Assembly (NCBI GenBank): GCA_046727415.1
Contig: JBKPCO010000035.1
Location: 1,554-65,553 of the forward strand
Length of the DNA: 64,000 nt
Direction: 5' to 3'
Source: Candidatus Methylomirabilota bacterium
GTDB lineage: Bacteria; Methylomirabilota; Methylomirabilia; Rokubacteriales; CSP1-6
The notes beneath the pieces are model-generated. The model was not told where the DNA came from. It worked only from the letters and a program-made list of their open reading frames with translations, and ran no database searches. Positions within the stretch are counted from its first letter, which is position 1, and every line of letters starts with the position of its first letter. Shown piece by piece: positions 40,088 through 49,322 of the stretch. The position numbers and the translations under genes are program-made.

Positions 40088-40915
40088 GTGGCACACTACC
40101 TCGTGCCCGTCAAACCTCCGCCGGTGACGCCGGTCCCGGCTGCCACCGTCGTCGTCCTTCGCGATCGTCCGGCCGGCGCCTTCGAGGTTCTCCTGATTCG
40201 GCGCCATAGCGCGAGCAAATTTGCCGCCGGGGACTTCGTCTTCCCGGGCGGTCGGATCGAAGCCGACGATGCGCCCAACGGCGCCGCGGCGTGGTGCCGT
40301 GGCCTCGACGCGGCGGGCGCCGTGCGCGCTCTCGGTCTCGAGGCGCCGCCGAACGCCGCGCTCGGCCACTGGGTGGGCGCCATCCGCGAGACGTTCGAGG
40401 AGGTGGGGATTTTGCTCGCCTACGCCGCCGACGGCCGCCCGGCCCACCTGGACGACGAGCGCCACGCGGCTTACCGGAAGGCATGCCAGCGCGATCACCG
40501 GGTTTTCCAGGACATGATCCGGGCCGAGCGGCTCACGCTCGCGACCGACCGCCTGCTGTACTTCGCCCACTGGATCACGCCGGAGGTTCAGCCCCTCCGT
40601 TTCGACACGCGGTTCTTCGCGACCGACATGCCGACGGTCCACGAGGCCGTCGCCGACGAGCACGAGATCACCGAGGTCCGGTGGCTCACGCCGCGTGAGG
40701 CGCTCGACGCCAACGTCCGGGGTGAGCTCTCGCTTCGGAATCCGACCGTCAAGAATCTCGAGCTGTTCGATGGCGCGCCCTCGGCGGCCGCCGCGCTCGA
40801 GCGGCTACGCGGCCGTGAGATCCGCGCGATTCTTCCGCGCGTGATCTTCGAAGGGGGCAAGCGGCGCGTTCTCAACCCGGGCGATCCGGGCTACGACGCG
40901 GCCGCGGGTAGCTGA
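40088..40915 (+). CDS. NUDIX hydrolase
   Basis: Nudix box 'GGRIEADD...AIRETFEEVGI'. Confidence 0.85.
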   Translation: MAHYLVPVKPPPVTPVPAATVVVLRDRPAGAFEVLLIRRHSASKFAAGDFVFPGGRIEADDAPNGAAAWCRGLDAAGAVRALGLEAPPNAALGHWVGAIRETFEEVGILLAYAADGRPAHLDDERHAAYRKACQRDHRVFQDMIRAERLTLATDRLLYFAHWITPEVQPLRFDTRFFATDMPTVHEAVADEHEITEVRWLTPREALDANVRGELSLRNPTVKNLELFDGAPSAAAALERLRGREIRAILPRVIFEGGKRRVLNPGDPGYDAAAGS

Positions 40916-40923
40916 GCGACCCG

Positions 40924-41418
40924 TCAGAAGTAGGCGAGGAGCCGCCCGCAGGCGATCACACCGGTCCACAGCGCCAGCGAGCACCCCGCCGCGAATCGCG
41001 CGGTGAGGGGAGCGGTCGCGCCCTGATCCCACTCGGCGACCCGCCGGAACGGCCGAAGATGAAAGACCGCGGCGTTGAGCGCGGCGATCACCAGCAAGAT
41101 GAGCTTCAGCCGAAACGCCGGGTTGCCGGCGAACTCCGTCGCGTGCGCGACAAACATGAGGGCGCCCGTCGGGACAATGACGAGCACCGCCGCCCGCGCC
41201 CAGGGCAGCAGATGTCGCTCCATGCCGGTGACAGGGAGCTGTCGCGAGAGCCCGAGGAGCCTCAGGTCGAACATCGCGGCGCTGCCCACGAGGACGACGA
41301 AGCCGAGAATATGCAGGATCTCGACGACCGGATAGAGCCAGAGCGACTGGCGCATCGCCGTCGCGGCACCGGTCGTCTCGAGCCAGGCGAGCCAGCCGGG
41401 ATGGCCGGCCTGCGTCAA
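40924..41418 (-). CDS. Membrane protein, DUF6644-like
   Basis: About four TM helices ('WLYPVVEILHILGFVVLVGSA...'). The family name is from memory. The TTG start overlaps the upstream stop (TTGA). Confidence 0.6.
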   Translation of the reverse strand: MTQAGHPGWLAWLETTGAATAMRQSLWLYPVVEILHILGFVVLVGSAAMFDLRLLGLSRQLPVTGMERHLLPWARAAVLVIVPTGALMFVAHATEFAGNPAFRLKLILLVIAALNAAVFHLRPFRRVAEWDQGATAPLTARFAAGCSLALWTGVIACGRLLAYF

Positions 41419-41759
41419 CGGAGCTCCACCGTCGCGCCGTCGATCGTGATGCGCTCGGCGCGCATCTCCTCTTCGTTGGTGCGATGCGGATAGCCGACAA
41501 CGGTGGCTCTCGCGCCGACCGCCAGCTTGGACGCCGGCAATCCGCGGTTGGTCATGCGCGACGGGGGCGCCAGCACGACGAGCCAGACCTTACCGGGTGC
41601 CGCCAGCCGCACGTGCCCGTGCGGATGCTCGTACCCGGACTCCTTGATGGTGCCGGTGAGCGTCAGCTCCTTCGTCGAGTCGTAGCTGCTCCAGCCGTGG
41701 TGCGCGGCGGCCGGAACAACGCTCGCCGCCATGAGCAGCAGCGCCAGGAATCCCTTCAC
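41415..41759 (-). CDS. Secreted small protein, DUF6152-like
   Basis: The GTG 41759 start overlaps the ccr TGA. Signal peptide 'VKGFLALLLMAASVVPAAA', then 'HHGWSSYD...LTGTIKE' typical of DUF6152-type proteins (family recalled, not searched). Confidence 0.65.
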   Translation of the reverse strand: MKGFLALLLMAASVVPAAAHHGWSSYDSTKELTLTGTIKESGYEHPHGHVRLAAPGKVWLVVLAPPSRMTNRGLPASKLAVGARATVVGYPHRTNEEEMRAERITIDGATVELR

Positions 41760-42994
41760 GATGCTCCCTGACCGGCCTGGCGGGCGTTGACGAGGACCGC
41801 CATGTTCCCGTACGGATGCTTGTTCTCGAGCATGAGCTGGTGGCACTCGGGGATGTCGTCGAAGACGTAGGTGTGGCTGAGACACGGATCGACCTTGCCG
41901 TCACTGACCAGCTTGGTGACGGCCGCCGCCTGAACGTCGTTGGAGAGATGGCTGCCCTGGAAGCGCTTCTGGCGCATCCAGTGATACCGGAGGTCCATCG
42001 TCGCGTTGTAGCCGGTGGTGCCGGCGCAGATGACGACCATGCCGCCGGTGGCGCAGACGAAGACCGACGTGGGCAGCGTCGATTCGCCCGGATGCTCGAA
42101 GACGAGCTTCGGGCTGACGCGCTCGCCGAGCCCATCCCAGATCGCCTTGCCGAACGCGCGCGCGCCCTTGGCCCATTCGCCATAGGCCTTGGCGTCCTCG
42201 GTGCTCGGCATGGCGCCCCAGTGGGAGAACTGGCTGCGGTTGATGACCGCCGCCGCGCCGTGCTCCTGGCAGAACTTGCGCTTGGCGTCGTCGGAGATGA
42301 TCGCGACCGCGCGCCCGCCGACCGCGTGGGTGATCTCGAGCGCCATGCTGCCGAGCCCGCCGGCGGCTCCCCATACCAGGACGACGTCACTGGGCTCGAT
42401 GACGTGAGGCGGCCAGCCCATAAGCATCCGGTAAGCGGTTGACGCGCAGAGCAGGTAGCAGCCCGCTTCTTCCCAGGTGAGCCGCTTCGGCTTGGGCACG
42501 CACTGGTGAGCCTGGCAGCGCGCGAACTGGCAGAAGCTCCCGTAGTTGGTCTGGTAGCCCCAGATGCGCGTGCTCTCGGCGAGCATCGGGTCCTTGCCCG
42601 AGCGCACCCAAGGGTCGTCGGGGCGCCACCAGCCGCTGTGCACGACCACCTCATCGCCGACCTTGACGTTCTTCACGTCCTTCCCGAGTGCCCACACGAT
42701 GCCGGAGCAGTCGCTGCCGCCGGCGTGGAAGTCCTCGGGCTCGCCGGCGCGCTGGCGCTCGGCGATCACGTCGAGCGGGGTGCCCAGCGCGGCCCAGACG
42801 TTGTTGTAGTTGATGCCCGAGGCCATGACGTAGATCAGCACCTCGTCGGGGCCGAGCGTCGGCGTGGGAATGATCTCGCGTCGCCAGGCGTCACGCGGCT
42901 GACCGAAGCGGTTCTGCCGGACGAGGTACGCGTGCATGCGTTTGGGGACTTCACCCAGCGGCGGTCGCTCTCCGAGCTCGCAAAGATCGATCAT
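41756..42994 (-). CDS. ccr: Crotonyl-CoA carboxylase/reductase family enzyme
   Basis: 412 aa, collinear with Streptomyces/Kitasatospora Ccr: 'SGINYNNVW', 'IWGYQTNYGS', 'FEHPGESTLPTSVFV' and 'RYHWMRQKRFQGSH'. Confidence 0.9.
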   Translation of the reverse strand: MIDLCELGERPPLGEVPKRMHAYLVRQNRFGQPRDAWRREIIPTPTLGPDEVLIYVMASGINYNNVWAALGTPLDVIAERQRAGEPEDFHAGGSDCSGIVWALGKDVKNVKVGDEVVVHSGWWRPDDPWVRSGKDPMLAESTRIWGYQTNYGSFCQFARCQAHQCVPKPKRLTWEEAGCYLLCASTAYRMLMGWPPHVIEPSDVVLVWGAAGGLGSMALEITHAVGGRAVAIISDDAKRKFCQEHGAAAVINRSQFSHWGAMPSTEDAKAYGEWAKGARAFGKAIWDGLGERVSPKLVFEHPGESTLPTSVFVCATGGMVVICAGTTGYNATMDLRYHWMRQKRFQGSHLSNDVQAAAVTKLVSDGKVDPCLSHTYVFDDIPECHQLMLENKHPYGNMAVLVNARQAGQGAS

Positions 42995-44007
42995 GCGTTG
43001 AATTCCTTGATGAGGCGCGGGAGCCGGGGATCATCGAGCCCCTGCTGGTAGGGTTGATAGAGTGCCGTGCTGTCGAGGAGCCCGGCGTAGCGCTCCTTGA
43101 GCCGGCGGCCGATCGTCTCGTACGTTCCGGTGACGGCAAAGGTATCGAGCATCTCATCGGTGATGAGGTCGGCCATGCCCTGCCAGTCACCCTCCACGGA
43201 TTTCCGGTGGAGCGCCGGCGTGAGATCCTGCCAGCCGTGGGCGGCGAGCACGGGCTCGTAGGTGCGCGTCGAGGCGTAGAAGGCGATCTGCTGCTTGACC
43301 GAGCGCCGGTTCTTCGCCAGCTCCTCCTCGGTGTCGCCGACCACCACGAAGCTCGCGGTGGTGTAGGTAAAGTCCGCGCGCTTGCGGCCGGAGGCCTCGA
43401 GCCCTTCTTCCACGGCGGGATTGACGTACTCGCGCAGGTACTTCGGGCTGTTGAAGGGGTGCACGTGCAGGCCGTCGCACACCTCGCCGGCGATGCGGCA
43501 CATGTACTGGTTGACGCCGGCGATGTAGATCGGCACCTTCGGGTGCGCGATCGGCCCGGGGTTGAAGAACGGCGTCATCAGGTCGAACCGGTAGAACTGC
43601 CCCTTGAAGTTGAGCTTCGTCCCGTTCTGCCAGCAATCCCAGATGTGGCGGAGGGCGAGGACGATCTCGCGCATCTTCGGCCCGGGCGACTCGAACTTCA
43701 CCGAGAATCGCCGCTCGTTGTGACCCTTCACCTGAGTACCGAGGCCGAGGACGAAGCGCCCGTCGGAGGCCTTTTGCAGGTCCCACGCGATGTGCGCCAG
43801 AATCATCGGGCTGCGCGGGAACGCCACGGCGATGGCAGTCCCGAGGCGGATCGTGGAGGTGACGCCGGCGGCGACGGCGAGGGGCAGGAAAGGATCGTGC
43901 TGGGTCTCGGAGGACCAGAGGCAATCGTAGCCGAGCGCCTCGACCTTGCGCGCGTACGCGGGGATCGACTTCAAGTCGTGGGTCAGCATGCCGACATCGA
44001 GCTTCAC
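42991..44007 (-). CDS. LLM-class F420-dependent oxidoreductase (TIGR03617-like)
   Basis: Luciferase-like barrel. The GTG 44007 start is preceded by AAGGAGAGG. The ORF-track extension to 44157 has only ~63% GC3 by hand count. Confidence 0.85.
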   Translation of the reverse strand: MKLDVGMLTHDLKSIPAYARKVEALGYDCLWSSETQHDPFLPLAVAAGVTSTIRLGTAIAVAFPRSPMILAHIAWDLQKASDGRFVLGLGTQVKGHNERRFSVKFESPGPKMREIVLALRHIWDCWQNGTKLNFKGQFYRFDLMTPFFNPGPIAHPKVPIYIAGVNQYMCRIAGEVCDGLHVHPFNSPKYLREYVNPAVEEGLEASGRKRADFTYTTASFVVVGDTEEELAKNRRSVKQQIAFYASTRTYEPVLAAHGWQDLTPALHRKSVEGDWQGMADLITDEMLDTFAVTGTYETIGRRLKERYAGLLDSTALYQPYQQGLDDPRLPRLIKEFNA

Positions 44008-44243
44008 TGGCCTCTCCTTGGAGCGGGATAGGCCATTGTAGCGGAGTCGCGGGCCTAGCGGCCCCTGGCGTCGGCTCCCCGGAGCGTCATGCAGGTCGAG
44101 GTCGCGTGCGCCACGAGCCGCTGCTGATCGTCGACGATGTCGCAGCGAGGCGAGCAAGTCGCCTTAGACCGCGGCCGTCGCGAACTCCGATGGGAGCGGC
44201 CCGCCCGTCACGGATGGGACGAGGAATACCATCTGTTGCGCAT

Positions 44244-45596
44244 TCATGATTCTCTTTGCAGGCGCCAGGCGCCCTGATACATGGCGACCGAGACGACCGT
44301 GCCGAACAGGCCGAGCGCCAGCGCCATCACGACGAAGACCGAGGCGAGGCTTGGGCCCGCGAGTCTCAGCACGATCCATCCGCCGCCGGCCGCGAAAACG
44401 AGCCGGCTCAGCCCGGCCAGGAGCGGCCACAGCAAGCGTCCGGCGCCCTGGGAGGCGAAGTAGAGCGCCAGGCCCAGGCCGAAGAAGCCATAGGCCGGCC
44501 CGACGATGCGCAGGTACGTCGCGCCAATTTCCAGGACCTCGGGGTCGGCGGTGAAGAGACCGAGCCATCGTGACGGGAAGAGCGCGGCGGCCAGCCCGAT
44601 CGTCTCCGTGACACCCGCCGCCAGCGCCGCGCCGGTCCAGGCCACCCGCCGCGCGCGTGCGCCTTGGCCCGCGCCGATGTTCGTGCCCACCATCGTGACG
44701 AGCGCCGAGCCGAAGCCGAAGACGAGCGGAATCTGGAGGTATTCGAGCCGCACGCCCACGCCGTATCCGGCCAGCGCGAAGGTTCCGAACGACCCGACCA
44801 GTGCCGTGAGCAGGACGACGGTCAGGTTCGTCTGGATGTTGTTGACGAGGCTCGGCGCGCCGACGCGCAGGATTTCCCGGAAGAGGCGACGTTCGAAGCC
44901 GACCGTCGGCAGTGAAAGCCGGACGAGGCTTCGGCCGGACACGAGGAAGCCCAGGAAGACGAGCGTGCCGACCGTGTAATAGGCGATGACAGCAAGCGCG
45001 GCGCCAGTGACGCCAAGCGCGGGAAACGGCCCCCAGCCGAAGATCAGCGCGGGCGAGGTCAGTAAGATCGGGCTGGCGCCGAGCACCACGCCGGCCGGCA
45101 GCACCATGTTGCTGCTCCCCCGGACCACGCTGGCGAGCGTGTTGAACAGCCAGACCGCGAGAGCGCCCGCGAAGATGACATTCGAGTACGCGAGGGCGGC
45201 CTCGAGCGCGTCGCCGCGCGCCCCCATGGCCGCGTAGATCGCCCGCCCGCCGGTCAGCACCACGAGCGTGAACGCGGCCGCCATGGCGACGGCGATGACG
45301 ATCGCGTGGGCCACCAGACGGCTCGCCTCCGCGGCCCGTCCCGCACCGAGCGCCCGCGCGATCGCCGAGGCGACGCCGCCGCCCATGCCGCCGGCCGACA
45401 TCGTCTGCATGAGCATGACCAGCGGGAAGGTGACCGAGACGCCGGCGAGAGCGTCGGCGCCGAGCCAGCCGACGAAGTACGCCTCCAGCACGCTGATGGC
45501 GACCTGGGCCACCAGCATGACGACGTTGGGCGCGGCCAGCGCCAGGAGGGTCGGCGCGATCGGGCCCTCGAGCAGCCGGCGGGTCCGCGCGTCCAT
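44244..45596 (-). CDS. MATE-family efflux transporter
   Basis: 450 aa, 12 TM, N-terminal 'LLEGPIAPTLLALAAPNVVMLVAQ' typical of NorM/DinF-type MATE. Confidence 0.9.
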   Translation of the reverse strand: MDARTRRLLEGPIAPTLLALAAPNVVMLVAQVAISVLEAYFVGWLGADALAGVSVTFPLVMLMQTMSAGGMGGGVASAIARALGAGRAAEASRLVAHAIVIAVAMAAAFTLVVLTGGRAIYAAMGARGDALEAALAYSNVIFAGALAVWLFNTLASVVRGSSNMVLPAGVVLGASPILLTSPALIFGWGPFPALGVTGAALAVIAYYTVGTLVFLGFLVSGRSLVRLSLPTVGFERRLFREILRVGAPSLVNNIQTNLTVVLLTALVGSFGTFALAGYGVGVRLEYLQIPLVFGFGSALVTMVGTNIGAGQGARARRVAWTGAALAAGVTETIGLAAALFPSRWLGLFTADPEVLEIGATYLRIVGPAYGFFGLGLALYFASQGAGRLLWPLLAGLSRLVFAAGGGWIVLRLAGPSLASVFVVMALALGLFGTVVSVAMYQGAWRLQRES

Positions 45597-45666
45597 GCCC
45601 TTAGAGAGTCATGCTCATCGACTATCGATTCAGATCTGACTACGAATTGTATAGTGACTAGCTTTC

Positions 45667-46149
45667 GTGTCAAGCCTCGGTTACACTGAGGCCGTGCCCA
45701 AGCGTTACGGTCAGGCGTGCCCGGTCGCGAAGTCGCTCGAGGTGGTGGGCGATCGCTGGACTCTCCTCTTGATCCGTGACCTCCTCCGCGGCCCGCGGCG
45801 GTTCCAGGATTTCCTGGAGAGCCTGGCCGGAATCCCGCCCAACATCCTCTCCGACCGCCTGAAGCGCATGGAGGCGCACGCGCTGGTGGCGCGGCGCTTT
45901 TACTCCGAGCATCCACCGCGGGCCGAGTATGTCCTGACCGACAAGGGGCGCGAGCTGAGGATGGTGGTGGGCGCGCTCGCCGCGTGGGGCTCGCGCCACG
46001 TCCACCGGCAGACGGCCCTCGTGCACGCCGAGTGCGGGCATCCGGTGGAAGTCGAGTACGTCTGCCGCCGCTGCGCCGGGCGCGTGGGGGGCACCACGGT
46101 CGAGCTCCGGCGAATGTCGAAGTCCGGCCGCGCCGCGAAGCGCCGCTAG
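45667..46149 (+). CDS. HxlR-family transcriptional regulator
   Basis: 'CPVAKSLEVVGDRWTLLLIRDL...RFQDF...I..NILSDRLKRME'. Start is GTG 45667 or GTG 45694. Confidence 0.85.
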   Translation: MSSLGYTEAVPKRYGQACPVAKSLEVVGDRWTLLLIRDLLRGPRRFQDFLESLAGIPPNILSDRLKRMEAHALVARRFYSEHPPRAEYVLTDKGRELRMVVGALAAWGSRHVHRQTALVHAECGHPVEVEYVCRRCAGRVGGTTVELRRMSKSGRAAKRR

Positions 46150-47264
46150 CTCTGGCGAACTCGCTCGGGCAGCGCTTGCAGCACGGCGCGCGCCTCGCGG
46201 ACGATGGCCTGTACCACCTCGGCGGCGCCGGGCAGGTCGCGGATCAGGCCGACGCTCTGGCCGCACATCATCGGGTAATGCTCGGCGTCGCCCTGCTTGA
46301 GGGCCGCGATGTAGATGTCGTTGGCAGCGGTCCGCTGGACGAGCGGCGGGAGCACGGGCGCGCCGGCCTCGGTGTACTCGCGGGTGAAGCGATTCGCGAG
46401 CGCCCGGGCCCAGAGGCCGCTCAGCACGTCGGTGACGGTCGTCGCGTCGCTCTCGCTCTCCAGCACGCGCTTCTTGTAGAGCTCGGGCGCCAGCGATTCG
46501 CGGGTGGCCACGAAGCGGGTCCCCAGCAATATCCCGCTCGCCCCGAGGGCCAGCGCGGCCACGAGCCCGCGCCCGTCGGCGATGCCGCCCGCGGCCACGA
46601 CCGGAGCCCGCACCGCGTCCACGACCTGCGGCAGCAAGGCGATGGTCCCCACCGTGGTCGACTCCGCGGTCGCCGGCTTGCCGTCGATCGAGCGATGCCC
46701 CCCAGCCTCTCCTCCCTGCGCGACGATTACGTCGGCCCCCTCGGCCACGGCCACGCGCGCGTCGGCCACGGTCGAAACCATGGCCACGAGCTTGATGCCC
46801 CGTCGGTGACAGCTCTCGCTGATCCGGTGGTCGAGCCAGCCGAGCGCGGCCGAGAACACCGCGGGCCGCTCCTCGAGCACGACCTGGATCGTCGCGTCGA
46901 CAAGATCGGGCGCCCGGGGCGGCCGGCTCGTCGTCGTCGGAATCCCAAGGCGCTGGCGGAAGCGGTTCAGCATCTCCTGGGCTCCCCGCAGCGTCGCCTC
47001 TGGTATCCCAGCGGGATCGATCGGGGGCCGGAGATCGCGGTGCAGCCAGAGATTCACGCCGAACGGACGATCGGTCAGATCGCGGACGCGGCGGATCATC
47101 CTTCTTAGATCGTCTGGAGGCACGTTAAGCCCCGCCAGGATGCCGAGGCCGCCGGCGCGGCACACCTCGGCGACCAGCTCCGGTCCCGCGATGGCGCCCA
47201 TACCCGACTGAACGATCGGATACTCGATCCCCAGAAAATCACAGAGCGCTGTGCGAAAGCTCAT
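46146..47264 (-). CDS. Nitronate monooxygenase / FMN-dependent NMO (FabK-like) family
   Basis: 'LGIEYPIVQSGMG' and 'VAQGGEAGGH' motifs. Confidence 0.85.
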   Translation of the reverse strand: MSFRTALCDFLGIEYPIVQSGMGAIAGPELVAEVCRAGGLGILAGLNVPPDDLRRMIRRVRDLTDRPFGVNLWLHRDLRPPIDPAGIPEATLRGAQEMLNRFRQRLGIPTTTSRPPRAPDLVDATIQVVLEERPAVFSAALGWLDHRISESCHRRGIKLVAMVSTVADARVAVAEGADVIVAQGGEAGGHRSIDGKPATAESTTVGTIALLPQVVDAVRAPVVAAGGIADGRGLVAALALGASGILLGTRFVATRESLAPELYKKRVLESESDATTVTDVLSGLWARALANRFTREYTEAGAPVLPPLVQRTAANDIYIAALKQGDAEHYPMMCGQSVGLIRDLPGAAEVVQAIVREARAVLQALPERVRQS

Positions 47265-47268
47265 GGCC

Positions 47269-48141
47269 CTACTCCAGGCGATAGAGCGCGTGCGCGTTCT
47301 GGTAGGCGACGCGCTCGGCCACGTCCGGTCTCAGCTCGCCGAGAATTCGCCGGGTCCAGACGAAGAGGCGATCCAGCATCGCCGGCTCGAAGAGCCGCGC
47401 CGCCCAGACGTCGACGCCGATCAAGAAGCGATCGGGCATCTTTTCGACGAGCGCCCTCCAGCCGGGATCGAGCGGACCGGTCTCCGTCGCAAGCGCGGGC
47501 GTCCGCTGGAAGTGCATGCCGGACAGATCCACACGGAGATTGGGATTCCGCATCAGGAGCCGGTCGAGACGGCCGGGCGGCCCCTCACCACCGTGGGCGA
47601 GCACGATCGTCGCCTTGCGGTGGGCGGCCAGGGCGCGATCGAGCGCGGTCTCGGCTGCGTCGGTCAGCTCGTAGTGAATGACGATCGGGACGCCGAACTT
47701 TCCGACGACGTCGAGGATCCGACCGAATGCCGCGTTGTTGGGATCGCGATCGATCAGCTGGCGTCCGACCTGACGCATGTGAACCTCGCCGATCACCCGT
47801 GGTCGTCCGCGCTCGAGCTGGACCTCGAGCTGGCTCGCCGCGGCGTCCGTGGTTGGGTCGGGCAGGGGCAGGCCGGCCACCACGCGATCGGGATACTTCT
47901 TGCTTGCCGCCGTCAACCAGATCGCGTCCTCCTTCTGGCGGCCTCCGACGCCCAGGAGCACGACCTTGGCGACGTTGTGTCGCTTCATCGCGGCGACGTA
48001 CGCATCGATCGCGGTGCCATTCGGCAGGTGCGAGTGGGCGTCGATGAGCGGCCCGCCATAGTCGGCGGCGCGGGCCGTCGGGGCGAGGCCGATCAGCACG
48101 GCGATCAAAGCGCCCGCGACGACGCCGAACGCGTTGGTCAT
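47269..48141 (-). CDS. Amidohydrolase-2 (TIM-barrel metal hydrolase) with N-terminal signal/anchor
   Basis: 'LIDAHSHLP' HxH motif. The N-terminus 'MTNAFGVVAGALIAVLIGLAPTARA' is signal-like. Confidence 0.75.
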   Translation of the reverse strand: MTNAFGVVAGALIAVLIGLAPTARAADYGGPLIDAHSHLPNGTAIDAYVAAMKRHNVAKVVLLGVGGRQKEDAIWLTAASKKYPDRVVAGLPLPDPTTDAAASQLEVQLERGRPRVIGEVHMRQVGRQLIDRDPNNAAFGRILDVVGKFGVPIVIHYELTDAAETALDRALAAHRKATIVLAHGGEGPPGRLDRLLMRNPNLRVDLSGMHFQRTPALATETGPLDPGWRALVEKMPDRFLIGVDVWAARLFEPAMLDRLFVWTRRILGELRPDVAERVAYQNAHALYRLE

Positions 48142-49322
48142 ACGATGCCCTCGCGGCTCAGGTTCTCCAGCTCGATGTCGTCGATGCCGATCTCGCCGTA
48201 CACCTCACGGTTGTGGGCGCCGAGGGCCGGTCCCGACGAACGGATCGTCGCGGGAGTCTCGGCCAGGCGCGGCGTCGGTGCCGTCATCCGGACGGAGCCC
48301 AAGTCGGCGTCCGGGACGTCGACGAGGATGCCGCGGCCGGCGACGTGCGGGTCCTTGGCGATGTCGGCGCTGTCGTAGACGGGACACGCGGTGAGGTTCG
48401 CGGTCTCGAAGAGCCGCATCATCTCGTCGAGGGTCCGGGAGCCGATGGCCCGCGTGAGCGCCGCGTCGACCAGGTCGTTGTGGGCGACTCGCGCATCGTT
48501 GGTGGCGAACCGGCGGTCCGCCAGGAGGTCGCGCAGGCCCAGGCCTTCGAAGAGCGCGGCGGCCGAGGCGGGTGTCGAGGCCGACAGCGCCACCCACTTG
48601 CCCTCGCGCGTCCGGTAAGTCCCGCGAGGGCTCGCGTTGTCCGAGCTGTTACCGCGGCGCACGGCCACGGTCCCGTCGAGCGCGTACTCGGCGGCCGCCG
48701 GGCCCAGCACCGACAGGAGCGGCTCGTAGAGCGAGACGTCGATCACCTGGCCGCGTCCGGAGACATGGTCGCGATGACGCAGAGCCGCCAAAACCGCGGT
48801 CGTCGCCGACAGGGCCGCGATCATGTCGGCCATCGGGAACGAGGGGAGCGTCGGCGGGCCGTCGGCCTCGCCCGTCGCCGCGGCGAATCCGCTCATCGCT
48901 TCGACCATCGTGCCGAAGCCCGGCCGATCCCGATAGGGCCCGTCCTGACCCCAGCCGGAAACTCGGGCGAAGACCAGGCGCGGGTTGTCGGCGGACAGGA
49001 CATCCCAGCCGAGCCCCCACTTCTCGAAGGTACCCGGCAAGAAGTTCTCGACGAGGACGTCGGCGCCGCGACACAGCCGGCGCAGGAGCGCCTGGCCCCT
49101 CGGATGGGCGAGGTTCAGGGTGACCGAGCGCTTGCCGCGCGCGTACACCTTCCACCAGAGCTCGCCCCGATCGCGAAGCCATGTGCGCAGGGGATCGCCG
49201 CCGCGCGGGTTTTCGACCTTGATGACGTCGGCGCCGTGGTCGGCGAGGATCGTCGCGAGCACGCCGCCGGCGATCAGCCGAGAGCAGTCGACGACCCGGA
49301 GCCCGGCGAGCGCTCCGCTCAC
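48138..49322 (-). CDS. Family III CoA-transferase (CaiB/BaiF)
   Basis: 'LAGLRVVDCSRLIAGGVLATILADHGADVIKVE'. GTG 49322 overlaps the TGA of the small upstream ORF. The ORF-track extension to 49436 has ~46% GC3 by hand count. Confidence 0.85.
   Translation of the reverse strand: MSGALAGLRVVDCSRLIAGGVLATILADHGADVIKVENPRGGDPLRTWLRDRGELWWKVYARGKRSVTLNLAHPRGQALLRRLCRGADVLVENFLPGTFEKWGLGWDVLSADNPRLVFARVSGWGQDGPYRDRPGFGTMVEAMSGFAAATGEADGPPTLPSFPMADMIAALSATTAVLAALRHRDHVSGRGQVIDVSLYEPLLSVLGPAAAEYALDGTVAVRRGNSSDNASPRGTYRTREGKWVALSASTPASAAALFEGLGLRDLLADRRFATNDARVAHNDLVDAALTRAIGSRTLDEMMRLFETANLTACPVYDSADIAKDPHVAGRGILVDVPDADLGSVRMTAPTPRLAETPATIRSSGPALGAHNREVYGEIGIDDIELENLSREGIV

Noticed and set aside
44164-44246. 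27-codon frame (MNAQQMVFLVPSVTGGPLPSEFATAAV) immediately after the MATE stop
   Set aside because: GC3 is fairly high (~81%), but the frame is very short, has no RBS and matches no recognisable family. I cannot tell it apart from chance without comparative data.
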